From: Antedon mediterranea
Lineage: Eukaryota > Animalia > Echinodermata
Length of the DNA: 64,000 bases
Assembly (NCBI RefSeq): GCF_964355755.1
Contig: NC_092672.1
Coordinates: forward strand, 38,570,437 to 38,634,436
Direction: 5' to 3'
Under the pieces are notes generated by a model. The model was given only the letters and a program-made list of their open reading frames with translations. It was not told the origin of the DNA and searched no databases. Shown here piece after piece: positions 12,001 to 24,667 of the stretch. Position numbers and translations under genes: made by a program. The first letter of the stretch is position 1. Each line of letters opens with the position of its first letter.

Positions 12001-15000
12001 AGATTTGCCTACCAATCACAGGCTTCTGGGTTCAAAGCACTGGTTTAGTTCTAATTTACATTTCCAATATTAACTCTGTTGTGTTGCTGAAACAAGTAGA
12101 TACTTACTCTAGGGTCCTTGCTATCTGTAAGTTCTTTAAAGGAATTAGTTGCTTCGTTTAACTTATTCATGACTTCAATGTAACGTTTATTTGATTCGTC
12201 AGTGGCATAAGCATTTAAAATTCCTACATTAAAAACAAATTCTTGATAATCAGGATTTTAAATGATGACGACTATTACTATTAGGATGGGTGATATTGAC
12301 AGTAACTTACCGGTTATTTGAGGGGGGCTGACATTAGTTGGAACAGCTGTAGCAGTGGGTGTAGTAGCAGGTGGTGGAGCAGCCTTCGCTGCTTCTTCTT
12401 CTTCCTTTTTCTTGGCAGCTATCTCTTTGCTTAGTTTCTCTGCTTCAGCTGGATTACAAAACAATATTAGTACAAATTACTCATGTGAATGAAAACAAGA
12501 CACAAAAATAGAATCGAATTCTAAAAGTTGACAACCCCCACGTCCAATGTCAGAATGTTGTATCAAGGATTTGATACTAGAGTATCTTGTGCACATTATA
12601 TTCTAAAGGTCTGTCTACACAAAGTTTGACAAGAAAGTGTGATGTGCCCAAATATGGTGGTGATATGCCCAAATAAGGTGGTGATATGCCCAAATATGGG
12701 CAAATCACATTTTTTTGTTACAGAAAGTTTGATAGTGTAGACAGAGCTCTATATATTGAATGTTTGTAAGTAACCTGTTGCTTGGCTTGCATTCTCCAAA
12801 CATTTCTTTACTTCTCCTATTATGTTGATCATGCCATCAACCAATTCTCTAGTAGCACCTGATGCTGTGCCCTTTGTCATTAAGCTGTCTAAAAAAAAAT
12901 TCAATTAAATTGTTATTAAAAGTAATAATTTAATAGAGTTTAGAAATGTTAATATTTAATTCATAGCATATAGCTACTCCTTTGAAAATTGTTTTATATT
13001 TACAATATACTACAATAACTAAATATATCAATAAATGTTCCTGTTGACTGTTATCTGTTCTATTTCTACCACACTGGCAAATACTGGTCTACAACTTAAT
13101 TAACAATAGCCAACAGTACACATAAGTTGCCAATTAAGTACCAAAGTCGTTGCTTACCTGCACCATCTCGTAACTTAGTAGCATACTCTATAATTTCTTT
13201 CACATCTTTTCTAAGAAGTTCCTTGTGTTTACAGCCTGCTATTAGTTTTGTTAAGGCTGATAAACATTCCTTGATTTGTTTATGTACAAGTGTCATGCTC
13301 TCTAGATGTCGTTTAGCTTCTGCAGCCCTGATAAGAAATAACAATTAGGAAATGAAATCTTGAATAGTTCTTCTAGTATATATCCGTGATTAATGTTGGA
13401 TTCTATTTTTGTAATTGTATATTATGTTAATATGTGAAAGAATGTGAATACTACATAGCAGGTCCTCCCCTAACAAGAACTGAGCATAGAGATGATGGAT
13501 AGACAAAGGTGGAGAAAGAGGCTAGCACCACTGACAGGCAAAATCCTACATGGGAGCTGAAGGTGCTCCTCCTTTACCAGTGTGTGTGCTATTACATAAC
13601 ATTATACATTTTATATTATTTTTACCTTGCCTGTCTCTCAGCCTCCACTTCTACCCGTCTCCTCTCTGCTGCCTCTGCTTCTGTCATAAGCTCCAATTCT
13701 TTTAACTTTGCATCTAATCTCTGGAATAAAAAATAATTCAGTGATGATTTGAAGAAGATAATGAACAAATATTGGAATTTTTTTTTTAATATTAGAATTT
13801 TTTTTTTAAGCATTGGATTTTTTTTAAATATAAGATTTTATTTTTAATATTAAATTGTTCTAAAAAAATATTAATAATAAAAAAATTTGTTTCACCTTTA
13901 TATTCATTCTATGACTTTCTCTTTGGTTGAGTAATCTCTTTCTTATTGTCTCATCACTTTGTTCTTCAATTTTTTTAACTCTCTCCATCAGCTGCATTGT
14001 TTTAATCTTTTGTTTCTGTTCTAAGACAGCTACTTGTTCTAATGACTGCTCCCAAAGATGATTGCTGAACTTCTCCTGACTTTCTCTTCTTTTCTTTACA
14101 TTTTCCTAAAATAAAAAAAATCAGGATTTAACACATCAATAGCAATAAAAAACAGTAATAAATTTTCTAAAGCTCTGTCTACACTATCAAACTAGTTTGT
14201 GATGTGCCCAAATATTGTAGTGATATGACATTATCATTTCCATATATGGGCACATCAATTGTTTTGTCACATGAAGTTTGATAGTGTAGACTGAGCTTTA
14301 GACATCTCTATTGCTACCTTATTAAGCTCTGTCCACACTATCAAACTACAAACAAAAGTGTGATGTGCCCAAATGTCACATGACATCACCATTTCTATAT
14401 ATGGGCACATCACATAAAGTTTAATAGTGTAAACAGAACTTTAGTCATCTCTATTGTTAACGTATACAATTAAAAACAATCTTACAATGTAAAATGTGTG
14501 TTTTCTAACCTCTGCTTTCTGTTGCCATTCATCTTCACACCTTTTCAGTGATAACTGAACATGATCTTCATCTTGATGTGTTAATTCTATACTTTCTACT
14601 GTATCAGATGATTGTACACTGAAAACAATCAATAAATTAGGAAATAAAAAACTATATTTTAATGAAAAATTTTTCTGAATATGAAAGACAATATGTTTTC
14701 TTAATATTCTGAGTGTTATTGATTTGATTACTTGATTCTCAGTAGGAAATCTTAATCAGTATTGCTAGGTATAGAGGCCGGGCATGTTGCTTTATAGGCC
14801 TATCAGTGAATTCAATGTTTTTATAATAAATCATCTCAATTTCTTCAATGAACGATGCCAAGTTATTAGTCTGGTAGTTGAACCAAAAATATAGGCCCTA
14901 CCCGGAAAAAAATGGTACAAAGCAAATTTTTACATCATTAGAAGCGCAATTTTATGGAGAACAACATATCCAAAATCGACAAAAATCTAGCTTGGGGAAA

Positions 15001-18000
15001 ACATTTTAGATACGTTTTTCTACTGCCTCCTTTACGGGCCTAGCAATTAACACAGGGACTTGAAATGCATTGCCAGGCCAGGCCTATCTAGCACAGTCAG
15101 TGACTAGCCTAGGCCTAGTAGGCCTAGAGTATGAAGTAGATTAGTTTTACTCAAATTATTTACTGTATTGTACATTGCCTAAAATGTCTACAAATATTAA
15201 TAAAATGATTATTTGTTTACCAATCTTCAAACATTTTGTGTTCAGGTTTGTAGTTACAGCCTACTTACAAAGTTAAATAAGAAATCTGATTTAGGCCTAC
15301 CACACAATCATCACACACAGTGTAAATCCTTTATTTAACCTAAGGGCATTGCCTAGCTAGCAATGTAAGCTTAATTCTGATTGGTGTATTTAGTATTTTG
15401 TATGCAAACTTCATCTATTAGGCCAATCAGAAAAGTTAATATACATTTAGGTTTTTTAAATTATTCATATTCTGAAAAACTTTTTGAGCATGGTTTTTTA
15501 TGAAAGTTAGGTATTAAACAAAATCTTATGAATAATATTATTTATTAATATCTAATTAGCAGTTTAAGTTATATACTTTATATATATAATTTGTGTAAAA
15601 TGTCTAGTTAAGCTACATTTAAATATTGGTAGAGCCTAAAAGATCAGACACATCATAGGTCTACAGTGAGAATAACTTTTGATATCAATACAAAAGTCAA
15701 AGATGGAAAATATTATTGTCTATAACAACTTTAATGAAGACCGTTGTGTGATATGTACACTTGGTATGAGTATGATGTTGTGCCAGTCAATGTAACAAGA
15801 AAGGGAATTCTCACCATGATTGAGTTCAGTAAAAACCGTGGACATTTAGATTAAATTATTTAACTGAATGTGCCAAGTCCACACCAATTGGTAAAGTATT
15901 AGTTCATAAGAAATGTTGTGGAAAATTTACCAATGAAAGAGTCCCAGTTGGGCGTGATGAAGAACGTGAGGATGATGTTTCAAGTGTGAAAAGGCTACGA
16001 TCTAATGATTTACCTTTCAACTGGAAGAGAGATTTTTTTTGTGCGGGAAATCCACTACAGTTGATACTAGGCATCCAAATAGAACACCACGTGTACATAT
16101 TGTTACAACATTACCGATTCGTGGTAGACTTTTGGAGAAATGCGCATCACAAGCAGACTCTTGGGCTCCTGAAATGGAAAAACTTCTGCATGGATGTATA
16201 GATCTAGTTGTAGCAGAAGCTGTTTATCATCATGATTGTTTTTCACGTTTTATGCTAAATAAAGAGCTAATCAAAGACGATGTAAAAAAGCAGCAAGGAA
16301 GGCATGAACACCAAGAAATGCTGCAATGTTTTGAAAAACTGTGCCAGTGGCTGGAATTAGACGCTGATGCAGAACTCTACAGTCTTACAGAATTACACAC
16401 AAAGATGAGAGAGTTAGCTGAAGAGTCTATAATATACTCAGTTAAAAGACTAAAACAAAAGCTAGAAGAACGTTACAAACAATTTATTTTCTTTGTGGAG
16501 GTTGAAGGACGTGGGAATATTGTTTGTTTCAAAAACATGGCAAAGTACATACTTAATGAGAAATGGTACTCGGAGAGAAAACAAAACATTGAAGATGAAT
16601 CAGAGCGAATTGTATGTACTGCAGCAACTATCTTACGAGCAGAAATAGGAGAAAGTAAGTACAACACTGAATCATATCCCATAAATGACGACATCGGCAA
16701 TATTGAACGAGGCAAAATGTGGATACCACGTCATTTACAAACTTTTTTGAAATATTTGATTCCAGCAGAACACAATCACTTACACGAAACCAACATACAA
16801 TGTATGTTTTAGATGGAGGAGCTCTTACACAGAGCAAAAGGGGCAACATATAAAGATATAGCCATGCAGTATGTGAGTTGTGTTCGTAGAAAATTTGGAG
16901 ATTCATGCATTGTGTTTTGAAAAGGGACCATCAATAAAAGACCATGAGCATCAAAGGCGTGTTGGAAGACACACAAGTACCGGAGATGCTGATACAATGA
17001 TTGTTTCATTTGCTCTATAGTACGCACGGCAAGGGCAAACTGTTGATGTGGTAGCCGATGACACAGACGTGCTTGTGTTGATGATGTACCACTTTAACCC
17101 AACTATGGCAGATATTTACTGAAGCGAAACAGTCATATAATAAAGAGCTAAAGTTGTAGAAAATTTGTGATCTTGTCAAGAATACTGGCAATGATGTAAC
17201 ATCGCATTTGTCATTCGCTCATGCTTGGAGTGGCTGCGATACGATATCTGCCATATTTGGCCAAGGAAAAACTAATCTTCTGAAGAAAATTTGTAGTTCC
17301 AAGGAATTACAACAGTTATCCAAGTCAATTAGTGATGAGAGTGCAACAGCCGAAGATATTGGAAAAGCTGGACTTGAAGTATTCAAAATAATCTACGGTC
17401 GCAAAAACTGTGAATCTTTAAACAACTTACGGTATGTGAAATTTATGGATATGGTAGCATTTGAGCCTCAAAAACTTCCACCTACAGAGAGAGAGCAGCA
17501 TATTTAAATAGTCTGTGGGTACATTTACAGATACTTGTGTGGTCAAAACTAAATACTGACTTGGACCCTTTACAATGGGGTTGGAAATGCGAAGGAACCC
17601 ATCTAACTCCAATCATGACAGATTCTGCTGCAGCACCAGACACTTTACTAAAGTTTGTTCGGTGCAAGTGCAAATTATCATCCAACAACCCATGTGGTAC
17701 AAATTTATGTTCATGTCGTAAAAATGGACTGAAATGCGTAACATCATGTGGAGATTGCAGAGGGGACAGTTGCAAAAATTCAGAGGAATTGGTTGTTGAT
17801 GAATCAGATGAAGAATAGTGAAAAAGAATGGTATGGCCTAATTTTATAATTAAGTCGATTTTATTACAAAATGTTCCATCTTCCATCTATATTGTTATTA
17901 TACACGTTTATGGTTTCAAAATGACCTCTTTAATGTCGTTTATTTTAAAAACTTGTCATTAGCATGAATAGAAATGTTCACTTTACGAACAATTTAAGAC

Positions 18001-21000
18001 CAATTTTAAATTTGTATACTCAGTATTTATTGAGATATCGAAATATGAGGTCAAAGGTCAAGATGTCAAGAAATAAACTTTCCAGCCATTTTTTGACAAA
18101 GAATTTCGTAAGAGCAAATAGAAATATGTACATAACAAACAATTAGAGACCAAATTAAAGACTCTGCAGTTAGCGGTTTCCAAGATATAAGATTATAATG
18201 ACTGTAAGAGTGGTTTTTTAAGTAAATTGACAAAATAAAAGTAAAACGCGTCTAAAAAATTTTCCCCAAGTTGGATTTTTGTCGATTTTGGATATGTTAT
18301 TCTCCATAAAATTGCGCTTCCAACGATGTAAAAATTTGCTTTGTACCATTTTTTTCCCGGTTCAACCCTTCAACTACCAGACTATATGAATACACTAGGT
18401 TTTAGTCGTCAATAGCTAGAGATTAGTAATTGGTAGTGTGCTTAGCTACAACAGTGCATCTCTCTATCTAAGTAGCCTATTGAGTGTGACTTAAAATGAA
18501 TGCCAAGTTATGAATACACTAGGTTTTAGTCGTCAACAGTGGTGGCGCCAGCGGGGGGGGGGGGGGGGGGGGGGGGGCTACGGGGGGCTCTAGCCCCCTC
18601 GTCGGGGAGTCTATTAAGAAAATCGGCCTGTCTTCAACATTATGATACTGTACTCGAGCTGTTCAACCGGTTTTCAGATATTAAAAACAATTATCGTAGG
18701 AGGAGATAGGAAAATGCGAAGCATCCTCGTATTATTGTGTGCAGGTATTTTTTAAGAGGACATCCATTAGACAGTGTATACTATGGTCGGAAAACACCCC
18801 TATTTGGGGCAAATCGTTCAACCTAAATTCGTTTTAATTGTCAATAACTAATTATCTAACTCAATTTAATTAGTAAACAGGGTTACATCTGGTGGTTTAA
18901 ATCAGTACCAAGATTCTAACCAACTTTATATACTATCGAGTAAACATTCTAGAAATAACGCGCAATTTACCGAATTTTGCCCTTACGTAAATTTATAAAC
19001 CATAGATTTAAAACAAATAGGAACTACTGTATAAACATTTTGATGAAAATAAATTTAAAACTGACTTACTTAATACAAATTGGGCTGAAATTAAGAATTA
19101 TACTGATGTTGATGATGCTGTTGATTTCTTTCAAAAAAACCTTTCTTAATATTGCAAATAAAAATGCACCCATTAAATGTAAAAGAGTTCGCCAAAAAAA
19201 ACAGTCCGTGGCTAACTAAAAATGTAATACTTCTCATCAGAAGAAGAGATGCATTAAAAAGACGAATAAATAAGAAAAATAGGCCTCAGCTTTGGCCTGA
19301 ATATAGAAAATTAAGAAATCAAGTAAATTATGAACTTCGAAAAAGTAAGAAGAACTATTTTTCTGAACTCAATACTAAAGATCAGAAAAAGATATGGGAA
19401 AATATTAAATTAATTATTCCTGGCAAAACTAAAAGCATGAATATAACAAGTATTAAAACCACAAATGATAAAGAAAATGATGAAGTAACTAATTCTAAAG
19501 ATATTGCAAATGTATTAAATAAATATTTTGCCAATGTGGGTCCAACATTAGCTCAATGTATTCAATCTACTAATCAACTCTCTAACTTTACTAATGATGT
19601 AAATAATACTAACGACAAATTAACCTTTAAATATGTAAATAAACAAGACGTACATAAACTTCTTAACTCACTTTCATCAAAAAAAGCAACTGGAACTGAT
19701 GAAATACCAGCTAATCTTCTAAAAATCGCTATCGATGACATTGTTTACCCAATAACATATATAATTAATTTATCTTTAAAAAATTTAACTTTTCCAAAAC
19801 AATGGAAAAGGGCCAAGATCTGCCCTCTTCATAAAGGTGGAAATAAAATGAATGTAATAACTATAGGCCAATTTCAATTCTCCCAATATTATCTAAAGTT
19901 CTTGAAAAAGTTGTATTTGTTTGAACAAGTTTATGATTTCCTAAATCTAAACAAAATGCTATATGAAAATCAGTCTGGGTTTAGACCAGGCTACTCAACT
20001 ACGACTGCATTGCTTAATATCACAGAGACCTGGCTAGAAGCCATTGACACTGGAAATTATATTGGGTTAGTAATGATAGACTTGAAAAAGGCTTTTGATA
20101 CAGTAAATCACAGTATTCTTATCAATAAACTAAGATCTTTCAATTTTCATTCAAATGTTATTCAGTGGTTTGAAAACTACCTGCATAATCGTGTACATAT
20201 AACCAATGTAAATGGTGATTTTTCTGATGAAAGTCACAGTGTATGTGGAATTCCTCAGGGTTCCATCCTAGGACCATTAATGTTTCTCCTTTATGTTAAT
20301 GACTTGCCTAATGTTGTAAATAAATGCTTATATTTATTAAATAAGTTCAATATCAAAAACAATTACTATAATATTAGAACTAAGCCAAATTTAATAGTAC
20401 CAAAACCAAAAACAAACTACAAAAAACGTAGCTTATCATATAGAGGTGCCAAGGTTTGGAATGAGCTACATGAAGATATTAAAAATGTGAACTCTGTCTC
20501 TCTTTTTAAGAAACTGTTAACTGCTAATTTCATGTAGCTTTATTTAAATGTAGTGTATTATTTAATTTTATAGTTAGTAAGTGTATCCTTGTTTTTTATC
20601 TGCTTTTGTTTTTTGCTTCTGTAATTGTTTTATTATTTGATTTGATATCTACTTTTGACATTTATTATTGTTGGTGTTTCCCTTTGAGCACGGTCTTACT
20701 GAAAAACAACTTTTAGTTGAGTTAAGTATCCGTGATTAAATAAAGCTTATTATTATTATTATATAGATTCTCACCTGATTGGACAAACTTCATTTTTCTC
20801 ATCATCTACAGTTGAATTATTTTGATTTAAGTTTTCTTCAATTTCAATACATTCACTTTTTGTGAACAAATTAAAGTCAGCTGTGACATTCTTCAATGTT
20901 GGTGGAGATGTACATGCTTTAATAATTTCCTGAACAAAGCAATAAAACAAAGAAATAACCAACCAGGTCCAATTTTTGCTAATTAACTGATAGCCTATGT

Positions 21001-21522
21001 TACTGATATAGTTAGCTGATATAAGATCCATACTGATATAATAATAATATAGCAAGCCTATTTATTTATTATTTTGTTCACAAAAAAATTAATTATATTA
21101 ATATTATTAGGCCTCCATGATGGCATGCCTACTAGGCTACTACTAGGCTATCTATGTCTAGGCCTAGCTAGCTCATCTATGCACAATACGACCTAGGACT
21201 GAAGGACCAACTAGGCTAGCAGAGCCGGTTCTAAATGCTAGGCCTAGCTAGCTAGTCGTGGTCGTTTTATACTAGGCCTAGTACTAGCCTATGCCTAGCG
21301 CGCGGAAGCGGTGCCCCGGGCTGCTACTGTCTGACTCACCTACTGAGCCTAACTTAAGATTAGGCCAGCCTGGTATTATATAGCACTGTTTTAACAAATA
21401 TACCAAAATGTGTATTAACGTTCACTCACAGGAAGGCGATTCTCCTGAAGCCAATAGGGGTCATGTTTAACGTTTCCTAATCTCGTTTTCTTTAGCGACG
21501 ACAAAATACTGGAAAGCTCCAT
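9053..21522 (-). CDS. GLE1: mRNA export factor GLE1 (multi-exon)
   Basis: N-terminus MELSSILSSLKKTRLG, then coiled-coil exons, then GLE1-domain motifs LQKAVNTPVNAVS, FCKDLLAKKLV, FLRRMSGYTRL, HPFGVEEGWKF, GPVMRLKNFL and C-terminal KGMLPAHFWRT*. Confidence 0.93.
10617..10787. mobile_element. Harbinger-like MITE (second family)
   Basis: TIR AGGCCTATTTACA / TGTAAATTGGCCT flanked by TAA / TTA. Confidence 0.6.
11685..12045. repeat. Two-copy intronic duplication ending in a tRNA-like SINE head
   Basis: TTTCTATGCCA...ATATCACCATCCCTAAAAAGG...AAAAGTAGCAGGTTGTAGTGGCATTGTAG occurs twice. The second copy continues into a GGTTCAAAG B-box-like motif. Confidence 0.65.
13455..13590 (+). mobile_element. RTE-like LINE 3' remnant
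   Basis: Translates EMMDRQRWRKR, resembling the RTE C-terminal DR..WR motif, followed by a short TG tail. Confidence 0.35.
14170..14440. mobile_element. Two adjacent Harbinger-like palindromic MITE copies
   Basis: AGCTCTGTC(T/C)ACACTATCAAACT...AGTTT(G/A)ATAGTGTA twice. Confidence 0.75.
14867..18384 (+). mobile_element. Decayed AcademX (XPG-nuclease + Cys8) DNA transposon in GLE1 intron 2
   Basis: Long imperfect TIRs (~150 bp) with TAG...CTA termini and a 3-bp TSD TAT. Frameshifted ORF pieces contain ADDTDV, HAWSGCDTISAIFGQGK (XPG/H3TH-like), LPPT, P..WGW and C-terminal CKC...CSCRKNGLKC..CGDC..C. Confidence 0.82.
18537..18620. mobile_element. hAT-MITE-like terminus with poly-G run
   Basis: CAGTGGTGGCGCCAG followed by a long G run and GGGGGCTCTAGCCCCC. 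No partner TIR was seen. Confidence 0.35.
18980..20760 (+). mobile_element. Truncated, internally deleted L2/CR1-group LINE
   Basis: ORF 19152-20537 has KATGTDEIP, QSGFRPGYST, IDLKKAFDTVNH and GIPQGSILGPLMFLLYVNDLP, then jumps to the C-terminal WNEL..IK motif with no YADD. 3' end has AATAAA and an (ATT)n tail. Confidence 0.88.
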
Positions 21523-21652
21523 GTTTTCTTAGGCCAAAACGACCTCCAAAACGTACACAAAAAAGATCAATCTAACATAGAGAGGGCAGTATTACAATTT
21601 AATAATAAAGAAAAGTCAGAATAGCTATTTTCTCCTTTATTTTTCACTAATT

Positions 21653-23627
21653 TCAAATTTCATTTACTTTCAATTCTGTTTGAAATGTTCGTTTTTGTCT
21701 TTTAAGTTCATACAGATACTGAAGCTTGCACCATGCCCCTCTACACATTGCAACTAATCTGACATCAGTGATCTCTTCACGCTGTGTCGCAAAAGCAAAC
21801 TGCTTTCTGAAAGAAAAAGATGTGAAAATGACTTTCTGCAAAGTTGGTTAAAGCTACTGATGTTTTCTCCTGGAGAACGTTACCTGCTGGGTCACTTTCA
21901 GATCTCATAACCTATTTATCTTATTCTTAGATATATTCATTGTGGACAGCAAAATTAATTTATTATGTAAATAGGTCAAAATACCAAAAAAAAATACTTT
22001 ACTTGTCCTGTCAGACCTTATATTTGATAAAAATACAGATAAACAATAACTATATGTCATATTATATATAAGAATGAAACACATATAATGAACAGAAATG
22101 TAAAATTGTTTACTGTCCCTAGAAAAATCGCAACAAATAAATATTTCAGATTTTTTGCATTTTGATGTTTGACTTTGAAAAATGGCACTAAAATAGCTTT
22201 AAATTTAATGTATATTTAAACTGTTCATTCCATGCACTGTCTTCAAGTGTAGTATTTATTACCTTAGTATGAATTGGGCATACTTTAAAAATCCTCTCTG
22301 CATTAGACTCAATGATAAGAAAACATAGCATCTTGACATCAGGTACGGATCACCAATCTTTTTAGCAAGTATAAACTGTTGCTGTGATATCCTTCCAGCT
22401 ACGGAAGCCTGCAAAACATTCATTACATCTCATTTGTATTATTCATAATGGTTGATCACACATATCACAATCTACTAGGGTGAGATTTTATTAACAGACT
22501 CTAAACTTGTATGGAATTTCTGAAGAAGGCTGATCACACTTCAGACAATTATTAATGTAACATTTGAATACAGTAGTACTGTCGTAGTAGATTGTGAATG
22601 CGCAGACGGACCGTTGCAAGTCATCGTTCTACCCAGCTGGGATACGCAATTATAACAAAAGAATTTTTTTCTTTTTTTGCTTTAAATTTATTTAAGGCAA
22701 GCCAAGATATGAGCATTGTAATTTCCATTATATTGGTAATAAAAGGAATATGTAATCTCTTGTATACTTACACATTGATGGAATTGATCACCTAAAGAAG
22801 AATAAGCTCCTCCTAAAGTTGACAGCCAAGAGAAAGCATCTTCAAATTCAAGTCTCATTGTTAAGTATGGCAGCATATAATTACACCTACAAAAAAAAAC
22901 TATTGATTGAATTACTGACCTGCTACAACTTTTTCATTGATTGATGGTATAAAAGATTTTCTAATTTTCTTGTTTTTTTATAGAAAAAGACTACCTTATC
23001 TTTTTCATTATCATAAAATGATTGAGACATAAATCAATTGTGGTTCAAGGGCCAAAAGCTTAGGCTACACTATCAAACTAGTTTGAAAAAAAAGTGTGAT
23101 ATGCTCAAATATGGTAGTGATATATCATCAAGTCCATATATGGGCACATCACATTTTTTTGTCACATAAAGTTTGATAGTGTAGACAGAGCTTTACAATT
23201 GTAAAATGAAGTGCTTAAATTGAAAAATCTCTTTGCATTAAAATTTTGCCTATAAAATAATGTACCATGTTTACCATCGTATATCTGCTTCTATACATAA
23301 AATGTTTTGTTTGCATTTTATTTTTAAAATAATTCCTGAGGAGTGCTGCAAACAGTTTGACCGATTGTTGTGGAAATTGTTCCGAAAGTTCTGTGACTTT
23401 TCAAGTTCATTTGTCAGACATGATACAAGATGCGTGTCAAGAACCCATTTTACTGTAATGTACTTAGAAATCTTCACATCTTTGTCATCTTTCAGTAATA
23501 AGAATGTCTTAGTAAACATAACATCTGCATGAGGAGTACCATCCTTGTATAGATATATTTTACGGTCTGTCTTCTGACGGTCGTAGACATTGAGGACAAT
23601 AATCTGTGCACCTTTTGACTTCTCCAT
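21653..23627 (-). CDS. DUF4807 / F58A4.6-like uncharacterised protein
   Basis: Exons encode FSWLSTLGGAYSSLGD, AGRISQQQFILAKKIGDPYLMSRC and VRLVAMCRGAWCKLQY. The start is uncertain: ATG 23627, but the frame is open back to 23909. Confidence 0.8.
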
Positions 23628-24667
23628 AATGCCCTGTAGTTGGTATACTGTACTGTCGTATACCTTCAATTCAAAATCTGAAAAATAATGACAAATAAAA
23701 TGGCCAATTTGTTTAGTCATCAGATATTTTAGGTTCATTGTTGAAGTAATTCCGTTTAATGCATCAAATTCAGATGAGGAAAATTGCTGCGACACACTTT
23801 CTTCCCTAAACAACAAAATGGAACTATTCCCCCAATTCTGAATTAAATCTATGTCCATGAACTTAAATAGTGCCGACAGTGGCGCGCCAGGAACTTTGAC
23901 AGACACCATCAAATTGAAGGTGGTTCATATGCATGAAGAAACTTAAACCTTTTTAACAATCTAGCCTACTGCTGCTGGAGAGAATAAATAGGCTATATAG
24001 CCAAGATAAAAGATATGCCTATACACTCTACTACACTAGCTACTATACTATTACTCTAGTAGTAGTAGTGTACTACTACTACTACTACAGTAGTTAATAC
24101 TACATGGAGTAAAGAATTATTCTTTATTCTCCAATGCTAATTAATTATTTTATACTTAATAATACTATAGAGTCCAGAGAGGGCCTACTAGAGTACTAAG
24201 ACTAGTAACTATATAAAGGCCTACATTTATTAATTCCATGATAATATGGGTTGGTCCGGAATCCAGAATGTGCATAACTAGGCTTAATACATTTTATAAT
24301 AAATTAATATTAAAATTAACATATTTAATCACTGATGATAGCAACACAGTACACTTCATCAAAACAACAAACATCTTTCGTCACGCTTCGTTTCGTTCAC
24401 CTCGTGTTGTTCCTGACCTCCAATTAAAACATTGTAAATCACTCTCAAACCTGTTTTAAACTCAAACATTATTAACTAAATAGAGCCTAGTTATTAACTA
24501 TTTATAAATTATACGTTAGTATTATGATATATGAATAAGCTTTGATGCAATTTAAATTAATTTTACAAACAAATGTATCATTTTAATTTCAGAATGTTTG
24601 ACATCGACTTACGAGAGTTTTCTTGTCGCCGCCGCCGGCGGGTGTTTTCCCAAATTCAAGAAGCAAC

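Noticed and set aside
16039-17818. Nested host gene (tesmin/CXC-domain protein) in the GLE1 intron
   Set aside because: Fragmented by stops and frameshifts and enclosed by TIRs and a TSD, so it is transposon coding sequence.
19152-20537. 461-aa ORF as an intact or domesticated reverse transcriptase
   Set aside because: Lacks the YADD catalytic motif through an internal deletion and has a frameshifted segment, so it is a dead LINE copy.
23628-23912. N-terminal extension of the DUF4807 ORF, or a snRNA-like RNA in this stretch
   Set aside because: An acceptor-like TTATTTTTCAG lies within it and I could not match any snRNA convincingly. Left unresolved rather than called.
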